DNA from: Lama glama
Taxonomy: Eukaryota
NCBI GenBank assembly: GCA_028534125.1
Contig: CM052820.1
Location: 3,844,001-3,908,000, forward strand
Direction of reading: 5' to 3'
Length of the DNA: 64,000 nt
The translations under genes were made by a program, and so were the position numbers. Positions 40,076 to 53,706 of this stretch are shown here, piece after piece. The notes under the pieces are model-generated. The model had not been told where the DNA came from. It saw only the letters and a program-made list of their open reading frames with translations, and did not search any database. The first letter of the stretch is position 1. Every line of letters starts with the position of its first letter.

Positions 40076-41102
40076 TTTGCAAAGTTCTCACGTACACTCA
40101 AAACACAAGCAAGGTCAGCCTTAGTGGGGAACCAATTTCATTCAAACATTTGGAGACACAAAGTCAGCAATTTAACTGACAAATAACAGAAAATGTTCCA
40201 ACACGAGATACGTTACGGAGCAGAACGTGAAAGTCACGTACGTTTTTAAAAATGAAATGTTTAGAGCTGCGTCCTGCTCATCCCTCAAGGGGACGTACTT
40301 CCTCTTCTCTGCAGGGTGGGAAGAAGCACAAGCCGAGGCTGCAGGCCCGCCCGGGGTCACAAATCTCCCCTCCTCCACACCCCAACTTAGGGTCACTGAC
40401 AAGACCCGGGGCTGAACTCCCCAGCGAGGGACCCACCATCCATGCCATCTGAAAAGTAAAGGCAGACTGATCTACTAACTCAATCAAGGCGGGGGCATCG
40501 GGGGAGGGGGCTATACCACCACTGCTTCTGGGGTTAAGCTAAATTTGGGTCTTTTGAATTACAGGAACTTCTGTGGAAGAACTTTCAGGATAGCTACTTC
40601 CATGAGAAAAACACTTACAGTAAGGGATGAGGAGTGGAGGAAAGGAGACAGAATCAGAAACAATAAGACCCACGTGCAGGATAATGAAGCTCAGACCGCA
40701 GCTTTCCTGTCTCCTTGGTCAGGTACCACATCTGCCCAAGCGCATCTCCGAGCAGGCAGAGGCCGGGCCTGTAGGCCCCTGATAAACCACGTTGAAGAGG
40801 AAAATGCCAGCGGTCCCATCTGGGGGTCGCTGGAAGGAGTCCATCTGAGTAACACAAAGAGTTCCTTCTCTGCCTACTGGAACCAGCGACTAGACAAGCA
40901 GCCAGTTCATCCAAGGTCTGGGCACCACGCGAGCCTAACTTGGCGCGAGTGCCCCTCCTGTTCCTGGTGCACCCAGAGCGGGATGGCTTCTACATTTCAG
41001 ACTAAACATCATTTTTCAGTGAATATACTGACCAACATGCAAACATACTTCACTTGGGAGGGAAGTGAGCCATTGGGCCAAATTTATAAAGAACTGGTTC
41101 TC

Positions 41103-41225
41103 AGAATATGAAAACGGATGTATGTACATGTATGAGTGAAACATCATGCTGTACACCAGAAATCGACATGTTGTTACTGGCTATACTTCAGTTAAAAAAA
41201 GGAAAGAAACTTGGAAAAGAGAAAA
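41103..41225 (+). mobile_element. 5'-truncated L1 3' end
   Basis: tgaaacatcatgctgtacaccagaaatcgaca...tatacttcagttaaaaaaa; TSD aaagaactggttctc/aaagaatcagttctc at 41088-41102 and 41226-41240. Confidence 0.8.
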
Positions 41226-42779
41226 AAAGAATCAGTTCTCGCCGAAACTTCATACTTCTTAATAGACACAAAGCTAGATGCAAACATCTGCTTTTCCTAA
41301 CTGAAAACAAAACAGTACCATCTATTTTTAAGGGTAGACACTGAAATAAACATCAGCTGCCCTAAAGTTAACAAAGCATAATGACATTTACCCACGTCAG
41401 GTGATCGTGGGGGAGGGCAAGAGGGAAAAACAACAGACTGACTGAAAATTGATGTAAGGATATTTTTCCAGAAGTCTTTGATGTCACTTTTTGGGCCATA
41501 AGCACAGCCAATAGGATGATAAAAAAAAAAAAAAAGTGTTCTTTGAGATGAAGCTGAGGCCACCGTGTTGGCAGCTGTCCAAAGGGCAGTCAGTTCTTCT
41601 TTCAAAACTCCAAGAGGCGCAGAGTTTCTGCCCCTCCACGTACGCAGCACAGACGCGCACAGAGCCCAATGTCCTGTCCGCCTGTCAGCAGGCAGGCAGG
41701 GAGGGGCACCCTCTGCCCACCTACGGTTCACGTCTCAGATTCACACTCAATTTCAACGCAGAGAAACGGGTCTCATTTCCTTCCAATATCATTTCTAGGA
41801 GCAATTCGCACTTTTCTGCAAATGGTGTTTTGTATGGTTATTCTTGCTGAATTGCAAACAATAAGAAAAGACTTTCATAAATCAAGTCTGCCGACTCTCC
41901 CTCTGTTGATAATAAAACGAGGGTTTCCATTAGGGGGAAAAAAATGAGGGAACCTCCCTCCAACATGAGACATAAAAACACACTTCCCTTTTGCTGAGAT
42001 TGTCTGGTCCCGCGAATGCACTGGTCACCCTGATGAGTACACATAAAACAACAATCTGCCTGTTGTGTTCAAGGCAGATATTTTTTTGTTCTGCAAATAT
42101 GAATGTGGGCAATCTGATGTAAGGACACAGCTAATCTAAGTGTGAAAAATATTTTTATTGCTCTGGGAATAGTCACTGTTAACTGAATGCAACAACAAAA
42201 AGCGGGGAGAAGAGCGCATGCAGACCCGAGGGAATTACCAAATCAATTAACAAGTAATTCAGGAACTAATTTCTATATTGCCTCTTAGCACAAAATTGTA
42301 TCTTTAATTTCTCCTGCAATAAGCATCTCTGTGATGGTCCTAACACACACTGCCGCTGTAAATGAGTTTACAAGGATCTCTTTTTGATTGGCTACACAAC
42401 ATTATTTCTTCACAGCTCAATGCTACAGTAGCCAAGTGCTCTGAGATACTTAATTATCCTGGTAGCTACCAGTTACCAATTTGCAAGACCCACAGTGAGT
42501 ACAGTACATTTTAAAGAACTAGTAATCAACTAATTAAAACCACAGTGAATTCCAGATACTCCAATTACAAACAACTGCTGTGGAATACACTCAGAGGGGT
42601 TCTGCAGGAAGGCGAAGGAGATCTTGCTGGAGGTCTGGCTGCACCATGGAGCGCGGATGCCACCCACCGAAGATCCCGCGGCGCTATCTGGAATACACGA
42701 CTGCGGTAGTTCCCGGGGAGTCACCCTGAGCCTGGATTTCAAATACAAGATGGGAGCTCAGTGGCAGATGAGACCACTC

Positions 42780-42970
42780 AGCATGAAGACCACAGGTTTT
42801 GGAAAGAGGCAGGCGGGTTTGAACCCTGTCTGGGCCTCCTGCTGGCTTTAGGAACTCATGGAAGCTGAGCCTCAGCTTTCCCTTCTGCCAAATGGGAACA
42901 GTAAGCCCAGAGCCTCCCAGGGCTGCTGGGGGATCAGCGAGCCTGCTAAATCAATGCACAATGAACCAGG
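42780..42970 (+). mobile_element. MIR SINE
   Basis: gggtttgaaccctg...ctgagcctcagctttcccttctgccaaatgggaacagtaa. Confidence 0.7.
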
Positions 42971-43030
42971 TCCCTTCAAAGGCAGTGACTTTTATGTATT
43001 ATCTCCCTCATTTTTAAAATAGATCGAACA

Positions 43031-43178
43031 AGGGCGGGGTCTAGCTCAGTTGCAGAGTGCCTGCCTGGCATGTGCGAGGTCCTAGGCTCAATCTCCAGCG
43101 CCTCCATTAAAATAAATAAATAAACAAACCTAATTACCTCCCTCCCCCTCAAACAAAACAAAACAAAACAAAAAAACC
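43031..43178 (+). mobile_element. Camelid tRNA-derived SINE (vic-1 type)
   Basis: gggtctagctcagttgcagagtgcctgcctggcatgtgcgaggtcctaggctcaatctccag...aaacctaattacctccc plus (AAAAC)n tail; TSD agatc(g/a)aaca at 43021-43030 and 43179-43188. Confidence 0.92.
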
Positions 43179-43354
43179 AGATCAAACAGCATGAAGCTGA
43201 AGCCGCCAACTTAGAAAAAGATGGCCAGTCACAAAACCATCACGACAGCTGCAAACGCTACCTGTTAGTTCCAGTCTTTTAAAAGTTCCAAAGAGGAAGA
43301 AAATCCCTGAGACGCTGGTGTTCAGAGCAGAAAGGGCACAGGGGACGCACCTGA

Positions 43355-43453
43355 CAAGATGAGACCCGGATCCTACCACGTAATGAAGTGTAACCTTGGG
43401 TGAGTCCTTTAACCTTCCCGGGACTCAGTTTCCCTACCTGTGAAAATGAAGAT
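43355..43453 (+). mobile_element. MIR core
   Basis: gtgtaaccttgggtgagtcctttaaccttcccgggactcagtttccctacctgtgaaaatgaagat. Confidence 0.75.
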
Positions 43454-44023
43454 GCCTGGCCAGCTTTTAGAAGCAGCCTGTTTGCTGTGCTGAGATGCTG
43501 TCATCCCAGTATGGACTCGAGGAGAGCGTTTGGTTATTTGGGCAAAAATGGGACGACCACAGGGGAAAATAAGTCTTATGGTTAATATACAGAATTAACA
43601 TGTATTAACACATCACACAAGTATTCACACATGTATCAGCACCTCTGTAAGTGCACACACACGTTCCTCATCCCGAGAGAAATTACCGAAGGAAAATATG
43701 TAAAATCCTGAGTAAAATTTTAATTTTCAAGCAGAAAAAATGATTCGGGACCAAACACACAGACACCTTTGGTTTGGAACAGCAGCTTTGGGAAACTCCT
43801 CTCCTACTTTCCACCGACCTGGCCCAACACCTGACCCAGAGCACTCGGGCCCGGAGCCGTTTGATAAACAGACTGACAAGTTTTTAAATGAAAGAAACTG
43901 AAGCTTAGGATGTGTTGAGACCCTACCACGTGCCCACCTTCCAAGGCTCACAGCCTCCGCTCAGCCCTGAGTTTGGGAAATGGCCCTCCAACCCCACAGA
44001 TCTGTCTCACCGAGTCCATCAAC

Positions 44024-44067
44024 CCTCCCCACAGTGCAGGCCCCTCCTCCCCACAGTGCAGGCCTCT
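44024..44067. repeat. 22-bp tandem duplication
   Basis: cctccccacagtgcaggcc occurs at 44024 and 44046. Confidence 0.8.
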
Positions 44068-44482
44068 CCTCCCCCGGGCCCCTCCCCATCCTCCTCCTCA
44101 AAGGCCCAGCGAGTTTCAAACTGTCCCCCTTGGCCTCTTCCCTCCAACGCAGGAGTGGCCAGACCAGCACTGACTTGGTTCTCAGATGGTCGGTCAATGG
44201 AAAAAGAAGGAAAGTCCCACTGTGGGGCAATCTTAGCTGTCCTTGCAGGCTCTGAAGTATTTTTGCACTGCACACGTGACTGTGTTACAAGGCCACGAAG
44301 CACCCGAAAGCACTAGCTTATATGTATGATGACTGCTCTTGAAAACCCCCCACCCAGAAGAGGCATTTTGTGGTAGTCAGACTTCTGACTCAGCTGGTAC
44401 GGCACAGCGGAAATGAGCTTGGAAACATGGCACCCAAGGTATTTGATTCAAGACTACACACATTTATCAGAAGGGAGCTTCA

Positions 44483-44575
44483 TTTTGGTTTTTCTAAATG
44501 GAGGTTCTGGAGATTGAACCCAGGGCCTCGTGCATGCAAAGCATGTGTTCCACCACAGGGCGCCCCCCTCCCCCC
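44483..44575 (-). mobile_element. Short camelid tRNA-derived SINE
   Basis: aatggaggttctggagattgaacccagggcctcgtgcatgcaaagcatgtgttccaccac is the antisense SINE head. Confidence 0.85.
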
Positions 44576-44609
44576 TTAAAAGGCCTTTCAGTTGATCAAT
44601 TTAAGGCTG

Positions 44610-45020
44610 TATATCCTAGTCCTGTTTAGTTGACAGTCACTAATTTAACTCCTTGCTTGTTGGATTGGTAGTTCCTGGGGTTTTAATATTATAAATAAAC
44701 CTGCTATAAACATGTTTTTACACGTAAGGCTTTTTTCTCTTTCTCCTTGTGAATTATCCCCTTGGGATAAATTTCCAGGAGAAAGATTACTGGGACAAAG
44801 TGAATACAACTTTTTTTATATCTTTTACATACTGATTACCCTCCATGAGGACTGGGCCAATTTTTAGTACCAGCATAACACATTTCTAAAACTCTTCTTC
44901 TTCTAATTTTCTAAGAGTAGGATTTTAGCATGTTTTGTTAATTATAAGTCTAAGTATAAAATGATTTCTCATTGTTTTAAATTTCTTATACTTTAGATAC
45001 GAGCAAAGAAAGGCCACATA
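44610..45020 (-). mobile_element. Old L1 (L1ME-like) fragment
   Basis: tattataaataaacctgctataaacat...ccttgggataaatttccaggagaaagattactgggacaaag. Confidence 0.7.
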
Positions 45021-46279
45021 ACCACCCATGTTTACTTCCTTCTCGTGGTTCTTCATTTCCAAGTCACCCCTCAGACGCCACTCACATCCCTGGCAGTGTG
45101 ATGGCATGGCTGGTATATTTATACATTTCCACAAAATTCATTTCTATGCATATTAAAAACAATATAAATTATCTTTCTACCGGAGACTGTGATGATAAAA
45201 ACATTCTTGTTGTGGCGACTAATTACAGTCACGAAGGCTATGGCTGATGTAGACTGAATAATGGGGTAAAAACTTGGCAATTATGAGAATAGCCCAGTGT
45301 TACTAAAACCTGTGGGTCTGACGTGGAACAATTTTTATACACCAGATGACACAATGGAGACATTTATTTTGGTGAAATTTCTTCTGTCGTAGAGAAGTTT
45401 TAGAAGAAACCAGTTTTCTGAAATGACACTGGCCATGGACAAAGAAAGGGTTTATTCTTTGAAGAGGAAAAGATGTCATTCTTGTGTTTCACCTAAATAT
45501 AGTGTTCTGTGTACATGAATCAGAGTTAAATTTAAAGAACGTTGAGTTAAAAAATGATTCTGTTATCTTCAAATGTAGAGGGCAACTTCTCCAGTGTAAC
45601 ATAGTCTTTAAAACAAGCACAATGTTGTTCTGGGGGAAGAGAACCATTTTACACTGCTGTCCTGCTCTGTCCACCACCGTCCCTGCCCACCTACTTGTCC
45701 TGCCCTGCGGACACTGCAGGGAGCAGCACCGTCAGAGCCCGCCCCTCCACAGCATGGAGGAGGCCCGTGTCCATGCAGCAGGGAAGGCGAGGGGACATCT
45801 CAAGTCCTGATGAGGTGTCACGGGAGACCCCACATCTCCTTGGGGACAAGGTAAGTTTTTCTGCAACGGAAGGCACTTGATCGGACATGGGCCCTGAGGA
45901 CAGGAAGAGGGTGACAGTACAGACTAAAGGGACCAACCAAAGTCGGGAGCCACACGTGTGTGAAGAAGGAAGGGAGGGAGCCCCGAGGGACCCCCTGTGC
46001 CCACGGTGTTGACATTTCTCATGAGCCAGCCAGGACCTACTGGTCAACCCCTGGGTCTACCAGGGGCCCTAGTGCCGGCTGCAGCTCAAGGCAACGGCTG
46101 GTCCAGGTGCTAGACAGCATGTGCTGCGGAGGACGGTCCCACATACAACATCCTGTCCTGCTGGAGCCCCCGGGGAGAGTAGACCACTCACCTAACTTTT
46201 GATCTGGTTTAGAAAAGACGGTCGTTGGAGGCAGATTAAATCAGGGGTGAACGGGACAGTGGAGGATCTTCTGGCAACA

Positions 46280-46470
46280 AATTCTAGAGGATTCCTGGAT
46301 CTGAATCCCAGCTCTGCCACTTCCGGCCCTGTCCCCGTGGCTGTGTGGCAATCTCCCTGAGCCTCGGACTCCTTACCCGTGAGCTTTGTCTGAGGCTGAT
46401 GGAGAAGTAAGTGAGGCCGTGTGATCACAGCTCTAACACAGTAACTGAGGCACACTAAGCACCCAGGAAG
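46280..46470 (+). mobile_element. MIR SINE
   Basis: cctggatctgaatcccagctctgccactt...ctccctgagcctcgg...ggcacactaagcaccca. Confidence 0.7.
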
Positions 46471-47548
46471 GAAGCGCCAGCTCTCACTGCAAACCTAACA
46501 CAACGATCTGTCATTGTGACGACTTTCTAAGCAGGTGGAAAGGTTAGCGAGTGAATACAGCAGGGTGTGGGTCTCACTGAAAGCCCTAAGATGCTAACAG
46601 TATTTTTTTAATGTTTCTATGTTACAAGTCTATAAATGTTAAGGGTCATCGTAGGTACTCTGTAGAAAATGTCTAACTGTGAATCAGTTTCTCAAACTAA
46701 CAAACCCTTCCAGGCCTATTTTATAACATTTCAGGAAATTTCTACATACTTTATTACAGCCATCAGGTTTGGTACCAAGGGTTGGAAAACCTGGCTGTCA
46801 GCCCATCAGTTGAAACCCAAATTCCCTAAGTGAGATGAAGGAAAGATGCTTCTGCCACACAGAGCTACTGGACAGAACGCCGCTGTCTGGCAGCCTCCCT
46901 GAGAAGGAGACCCGAGGAGTTAAGGAGACGTCCCCTTCAGAGTTTCTGCGGCAAAGGGCCCCGGAGCAGAGCGAGCAGCCAGCAGGGCCGCGTCAGGAGG
47001 AGGGAGCCTGTGCCAGCGTCCGGGGCCGCGGGGCACCAGCGCGCTGAGCGGGGCCCCCTCGTCCGGCTTCTGGAAAAGTACCTGGTCAAGCAGGGCGCTC
47101 GACTGTTGCTGTTTTCATACAAAACATGACGTTCTGACAGCCAGTGGGGCTCTTTCTGCCAGAAAGCCAAGTGCTCACTTGTTTCAGACTTTCCACGAAG
47201 AAGGAAGCCAGGGAGGGAGCCCGCGCTCGGCAGCAGCGCGCTTTCTGCAACCGGCCTCCTTCAAACGTTAACAGTTCACTGCCGCCTGGGGGGGCTTAAG
47301 TGGAAGCCCTCCAAACAGAGTGTTTCAAATACTGTATGTTTCCTATCTGGGGCATGTAGCCTCAAAAAATAGGTTCTTCTGATATTCAGACACAGAGACA
47401 CGGATAAAGCGGCCTCGCCCTGTGATGCCAGGAAGTCTAAGGCAGGACAGCCTGTGCGTGGAGGGGTCGTTACCACGGCTCCAAGGGTCACACAGGCCGG
47501 GCGCCCGTCCCCGCTCTGCTATTAACCTGCCGTGTGCTAGGGTTAGGG

Positions 47549-47911
47549 TGCTACGGGCTGAACTGTGAAGGCCCAGCACTCACAGGGTGAAGCTCTAACC
47601 CCCAGCATGACTTTAGCGGCCCCTTGAGGAGGTGGTTAAGGTTAACCGAGGTCACAAGGCCCAAATCCAATGCAACTGGTACCCTCATAAGACGAGGAGT
47701 CCCTAAGGGTGCATGCACAGAGCAAGGGCCACGTGAGGAGGCAGCGGGAAGGCGGCCATCTGCCAGCCGGGAAGGGGTCTGCACCAGAAACCACCCCAGC
47801 GGGCACCCTGACCTGGGCGTCCCAGGCCCCAGAACTGGGAGAAGAACATTTCTGAGGCCCAAGCCCCCCGTCTGTGGTGCTTCGCTGTGGCGCCCCGTGC
47901 AGACACCCACA
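47549..47911 (+). mobile_element. MLT1A0-like MaLR solo LTR, near full length
   Basis: tgctacgggctgaactgtg...ccacgtgaggaggcagcgggaaggcggccatctgccagcc...ccagaactgggag...gtctgtggtgc...caca. Confidence 0.85.
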
Positions 47912-49249
47912 TGGCACAATGCTGGACGAGTGACAGCCTGGCTTTTCTGTCGTCTGTGAAATGGGGACCAGTGTCTTTCCTACTTCACAGTCCAGAGGGA
48001 CGGCAGCACGAAGCCCCAGCACAGCTCCCCGACATTCACCACCGAGACCGACAGATCGTAACCACCCCTCGTAAACACTGTGGGGTTAAAGCAGCAAGAG
48101 GGAGGGGGGCCCCCCAATCAGAAGGAAAAGCAGGGATGGTCCCCCCGAAGAGGGGAGGCTGCTCTGGCCAGCGCTCAGGGACACGCTGTCTCCGCGGGGG
48201 CCTGGAGTCCTTGGTCTCCCACTCTCATGCTGCCCCTCGGTGGGGACGAGCCGTGACCCCCCCACAGCTGAAATCGCACCCCTCCCCGCCTCCCGGCACA
48301 AGGCAGCCAGCGCCCTGGACCACTGGACGCCCCAGCCCTTCCCGTCTGGAAACCCCGTCCCCTCCGCTCACCCTACTCCTTCTGCCTCTGGGGGCCACCT
48401 CCTCGTACCTCAAAGTCCAGTGGGGCTGTCCCCTCCATTCCTCACCCTCACCTCTCCACCGTCCCTTGGCTCCAAGGGCCCCAGGCCCCACTGCAATGCC
48501 TGCCCCCCAGTACTGGGGGTCACGGGGTGGGGGCTTCCCTCCACGTCCCCGGGCAGCCTGGGTGGTAGACATCGATCTTCTGCCTCCCCGAGCCCCTAGA
48601 AGGGTCCCCAGGGCGTGTCTACACAGGATGAACGTGGGACTGTTACACGCCCTTTGAGTCTGATAACAAACAACACCGAAGACGAGTATCTTACTGATTC
48701 ATCCATAAGCTTCTATTTGCGGATGAGGTTCTAGTTCTGAGCCCACAGGGAGCTGGGTTCCACCACCATTGGCAGTTGAACTTCTACAGAAAACAAACCA
48801 CCTTTTGGAGAAGTGAATCACTTAGATATTTTCCCAGCTCCTGGACGATGGACACACGGAGGACATACAGAGTCTCTACATGAACTTCCACTCTCCAAAG
48901 TAACATGTGTGCACGCCCCTTTATCGTGGATAAAACGTTGTACGTTATTCTATATCTCCCTCCCGCAGCCCTCACAGCCAAGGGAAGGATTGTTTTAAGT
49001 CGCTTTGCTGATTTATATTTAAATCACGGATTTTGTATTTCGATCCACATAATCTCCTTCCGCATTCTGGGCATTCTGGACAGACCATACTGCCATCCAC
49101 CTGCAGCGACCTAAGCATGAGGGGGCAGAGGAGGGTCTGCCCTACTTATTCAAAGATGGGTGACTATAAATTCCAACGTGGGCACCCAGATATTCCAAAC
49201 TGTTTTGCCAATGACACTGTGTTATTTGAGGAGTCTAATTAAATGCATG

Positions 49250-49930
49250 TGATGCACCCACCCGACCCATTACATTGATGATGGTAATTGGCCGAGTCTG
49301 TCGTGAACCAGGGCGGACGCAGTCCCCTCGGGGAGCTGTCCACCCGAGTGACGTAAATCAGCTTCGGGCCCCGGGTCCCTGTCAGTAAACTACCCGCTTT
49401 GAGGGCAGCCGGCTGGGCCGGGGCCAGGCAGGGCGGACCCGCCACGTGGGTGAGCGGTGTGTTCTCAGGGCTCTGGTGCTCACAGGTCTCCCTGTGGTTG
49501 GGGGTCGTGGACGCAGCCCCGCGGCACGAGCTCTCCCACATCGTGGGAGGGGGGCGCACCCGGCACTTTCTTTCCCTTCCAGCCTGTCTAAAGTTTCGGC
49601 CCAGTCTCTGATCTTGTTTCCTCCGTGAAAGCGGACGACGGCCGTGATCGGTGTTGCACTTCCCGGAGACGCTGAAGTGAGCAGTGTCGGTGGCTCTGAT
49701 TCTGTGGCTGCCACACAACCGCCCCCTCGTGTGGATCCCGGGTACCAGACAGCGCGGGGCAGCGGCCTGGGGCAGGCTGGCCAAGGGGATTAACTCCAGA
49801 GGATCCTTTCACTTAATTGACAATTGTGCTTTCTACTCAGCTGAGAATCAAAACCGCGCACCACTTCAAAACGGCTCGCGGGCGATGGTGAGGCGCTGAG
49901 GAAAACGCCACTCAGGCCGCTCCGCCTCTG
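49250..49930. promoter_or_regulatory. Intronic CpG-rich patch flanked by homeobox-motif clusters (candidate enhancer)
   Basis: High CpG density by eye in non-repetitive DNA; TAATTA 49236, GTAAATCA 49353, GGATTA 49787. Confidence 0.45.
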
Positions 49931-52900
49931 ATGCCCTGGGAAGGGCTTTCCCCAGCATTCAGGCGGCAGGAAAGTCTCCTCTCTCCCAGGCTGGCCAGCT
50001 GCCCCAGAGGCGGCCAGGACATCCAGGCCAAGGTCAAAAGTAAGACCTCAAAAAAGTCCCAGGAGGACACTTGTGCTTGGTGTATCCAGGGAGCATCACA
50101 GAACCCCCGAGTCTCCCGTCCTGACTAACTCAGGAACGCCCACGCCTTAGGGCCGGACTGTGAACATGGGATGGAGGTAATGACTGGACAAACACCATCA
50201 ATCGGTCGGTCTAAAGGGGGAAGGACAGACTCCAAGACAGTAGCATAAAGAAGCAAAGACAGGGTTTTTCAGTCTTTGAAATCCCACAATATTTAGCGAG
50301 AAGTTTTCCTGTTTTCTGTTTGTCCTTACAAATAAAAGATTTTCAATTGTGTAAGGGAGACAAGATAAACTGACCGAGACTTTAAAACTTCAAATGCACT
50401 CCAGTGGATGTCAGGAGGTGCGAGGCCAGGCCGGGTGGTCTGTTTCTGTGGACCGAGCGCCCGGCCGGGATCTGCCGGGAAGGGGGAGGCCAGGCTGAGG
50501 CTGGGGATCTGGACCATAATATAGAGATTAAAAAACGCGGAAGGGAAAGAAAGAAAAAAGAGCACACAGCTGCCGTCCCCCAAACAGACCTCCCATCTGC
50601 CACCCACGATTTGCATGTCACCTTCTCCGGGCTCATTTGTACTTCATTAACTGCCATTGACTTAACAAGATTTATGCAAATGACACCACAGGCGCTCCCT
50701 AACTCCCACTGCAATCAAGTGATTATGTATGTACAACTCTCCACAGCAATGAAAAATTAATACGTGACAAGCCCACTCGCCGCCGAGCCGGGCCTCTGGC
50801 TTTTTATTTTTCTTGCTTTGCTTTTCCATTTTTATTCGAATAGACCTTCTCTTGGTAGTAAAAAGGAAAAGAAAGAGAAAAGAAAAAAAGACAAGAAACA
50901 GAACTCTCTCAACCAAATCTCCACTAAGACCCAAAAAGGACAAAACAGGGCAGGTGGGCCCAGATCCAGAAGAAATGAGTTATTCTGCAGAAAGTCAGTC
51001 ATCTGCCTGATGAGAAAGCTTTCCCTGGGAAGGAAGGAGGAGGTGAAATCACCCTGTCGTGCAAAGGCTGCTCCCACGCCAGGAGAAGGAGCCCCATCCT
51101 CACAGCCAGCGAACGAGCTGCACAAACTGTGAGCCAAACGTGGTTAAAATAACCCACCGGAACACGTTTGAGTAAAGACATGAGTCAGGATGCAGGGTGC
51201 GTGGGAGACGACCTCGCCAGTGTCCTACACCGTCCCCAACGGGATTCCTGTGCGGAGCGGAAGCAAGACCTGCAAGGGCCACAAGGACCGGCCAGTCCCA
51301 GAGCCGTCACCAGCACCCGCCCACGGAGCCCTGAGGCTCAGGACCATTTCTCTGCCGTCAGTGAAGGGACCGAGAGCTGGCGTTTGGCCCAGAAGTGCAG
51401 ACCAAGCACTCTGAACGCGGGCCGAGCGTTCAGACGAGGGCGAGGGCTCTGTGCTGGTGCGAAGGGCAGGGAGTCAGGGCCGGACGAAGGGACCCGGCCC
51501 AGCCCCGGCACAGAGGAGCGGGGACACTCAGAGACGCAGGGTGCTGCGGGCACACGTTAGAAGGTTCTCCCCAGGCCAGGCAGCCTGGGGTCAGGGGTCA
51601 CATTTTAGCATGAAACACACAACTTTGCTTCCTAAGCTTTCTGGAGGTTTTTCACCAACAGAGAGTGAGGAGCGCACAGGCGGGGGCGGGGGGCTGGGAC
51701 CTGAATCCTGGCCCCGTGGCTTCGTGGACGCCTGGCCTGGAAAGCTCACCCTCCGTGGGTTTAAGATAAGTATGTAACTCAGCTGCCTCCCCCGCGGCAA
51801 CGCTGAGGATTCAGGGAGAGGCTGCCGGGAAAGTGCGCAGCGAGTAACAAGCAGCCGCTCGCTGCCCTAGGTTTGCAGCGTCTCAGCGTCTAGGGCATTC
51901 CAGCAGGCGCTGCCCCGCCAGGTTCCCTCCTCTGCAACCTCTCTCATTCTGCTGGCTGAAGTCATCACTGGGAGGGTTAGGAATTGAGACTGTCTCTACT
52001 GGTCTTGCTTCCTGCGTAAAAACAGAAAAATCTGTATGACTGTGTACAAACCCACATCAGTCCGTGTGATCCAGAGCGAGGCCGACTAGGGTGTTTTGAG
52101 CACAACTAATCTGAAAATCCAGTTCTGCCAGAATCTAAAACTTCTCTCTGGAATCTCCACATCCTGGGGTTTCCAGGAACTGGATATGATCCAGTGCCCA
52201 TTTCGCAGAGGAGGAATCCGAGGCCAGGCACCTGGTCTCCAGGAGGCGGTCCGCCCGTGGCCGCACGTCGGGGCAGCTGGGAGGACCCGAGCTGCGTGCC
52301 CTGCCTGCACCCCGATTCCCCAAAGCCAGACCGTGATTTAGAGCCCGACTGGATGATTTTGAACACTCACAACTGAAAGGCTTCCAAGGACTGGATAATA
52401 CTCATTTTACGCTTGACGGTCAACCCCAACCTGCACGCATACTGACAGCCTAGCCTGCAAAGCAAACCCTTCTGCAGAGGAGCAGGGTACAAATTCAGCG
52501 AAGGAGGGGCCCGCCGGGCTTCCGTGGATCCAGAACGCCCAGCCCCTAACCCACAGGACATGTGAATTAAGGAAACGGTCTAGTATTAAGTTCTAATATT
52601 CGCAAAAGGAAATGTCCTAGGACCAGTTTTTTCAAATGAGACGAAAAGAGCTGAATGAGTTTTATAATTCTCATTGAAACAGCATCAACAGAATGAAAAT
52701 TACGCATTAAAATTACCTTATGTGGAGAGTTACGTTTATAAATAAACCCACAAAGAAAGAACACACAGCTGTGTCCGTGGACCTGTACAGTGAAGACGCT
52801 GCTTACGAGCGAGGACAGCAGAGAAGGGAAGAGGGCTGTTCTCAGTGGGTGCCCGAGCCAGCCCGCACACTGGCTGCCCAGTGTCTGAACGTGTCTTGTG

Positions 52901-53454
52901 GAAGCCCCGCAGCCTCCCTGCTCTGGTGTCACCTTTGAGGCTGGTGGCCACACCTCCATGCAGAAACTGCCTGGCCCTTACCTGAGGCTGTGTTCCTGCT
53001 TCCAAATGGGTGAGACTACCCTGTGGGCTCTGGCCCTCGTTAAGGGTGGCCGGTGCCTACAGGGGTTCCCGCAGGACTCGTAAAACTGTCCAGGTACTCA
53101 CGGAAGAGGGTGGCAAAACGTGGTCACCCTGGAGGGACAAATCGGTCACAGAAGTGTTCCTAAGGGGCAGAGCCGTGAACCTGCCCACAGAATCCTTGCC
53201 CTCTTCAACAGATCGCGCGCTAAATCCACTGGCCTTCCTCAGCAAACTAAAAGGTGACATTTCCAGGAGCCATGGGGCCAGGTGGAACTCTTTATTTTTC
53301 TTTTCCTTGGAAAAGTAACAGCAAAGGAGGTCACGTGAATTCCCGTTTTACTTGAGACAAAAAGTCATTTGGTACCTGGCTTCTGGGCTAATGAAAACCT
53401 ATTCCAGGCGAGCAACATAGGCCAAAACAAATGCTTGAATTCGAGTCCTGTTGT

Positions 53455-53706
53455 NNNNNNNNNNNNNNNNNNNNNNNNNNNNNNNNNNNNNNNNNNNNNN
53501 NNNNNNNNNNNNNNNNNNNNNNNNNNNNNNNNNNNNNNNNNNNNNNNNNNNNNNNNNNNNNNNNNNNNNNNNNNNNNNNNNNNNNNNNNNNNNNNNNNNN
53601 NNNNNNNNNNNNNNNNNNNNNNNNNNNNNNNNNNNNNNNNNNNNNNNNNNNNNNNNNNNNNNNNNNNNNNNNNNNNNNNNNNNNNNNNNNNNNNNNNNNN
53701 NNNNNN
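53455..53706. other. N-run, 252 bp
   Basis: Run of N. Confidence 0.99.

Noticed and set aside
47538-47549. Telomeric hexamers (tagggttagggt)
   Set aside because: Only about two units; expected by chance.
47887-48657. Longest ORF (256 aa) and other long ORFs such as 34998-35603 and 38968-39549
   Set aside because: Pro/Arg/Gly-rich translations typical of GC-rich non-coding DNA, some overlapping repeat relics, with no recognisable domain.
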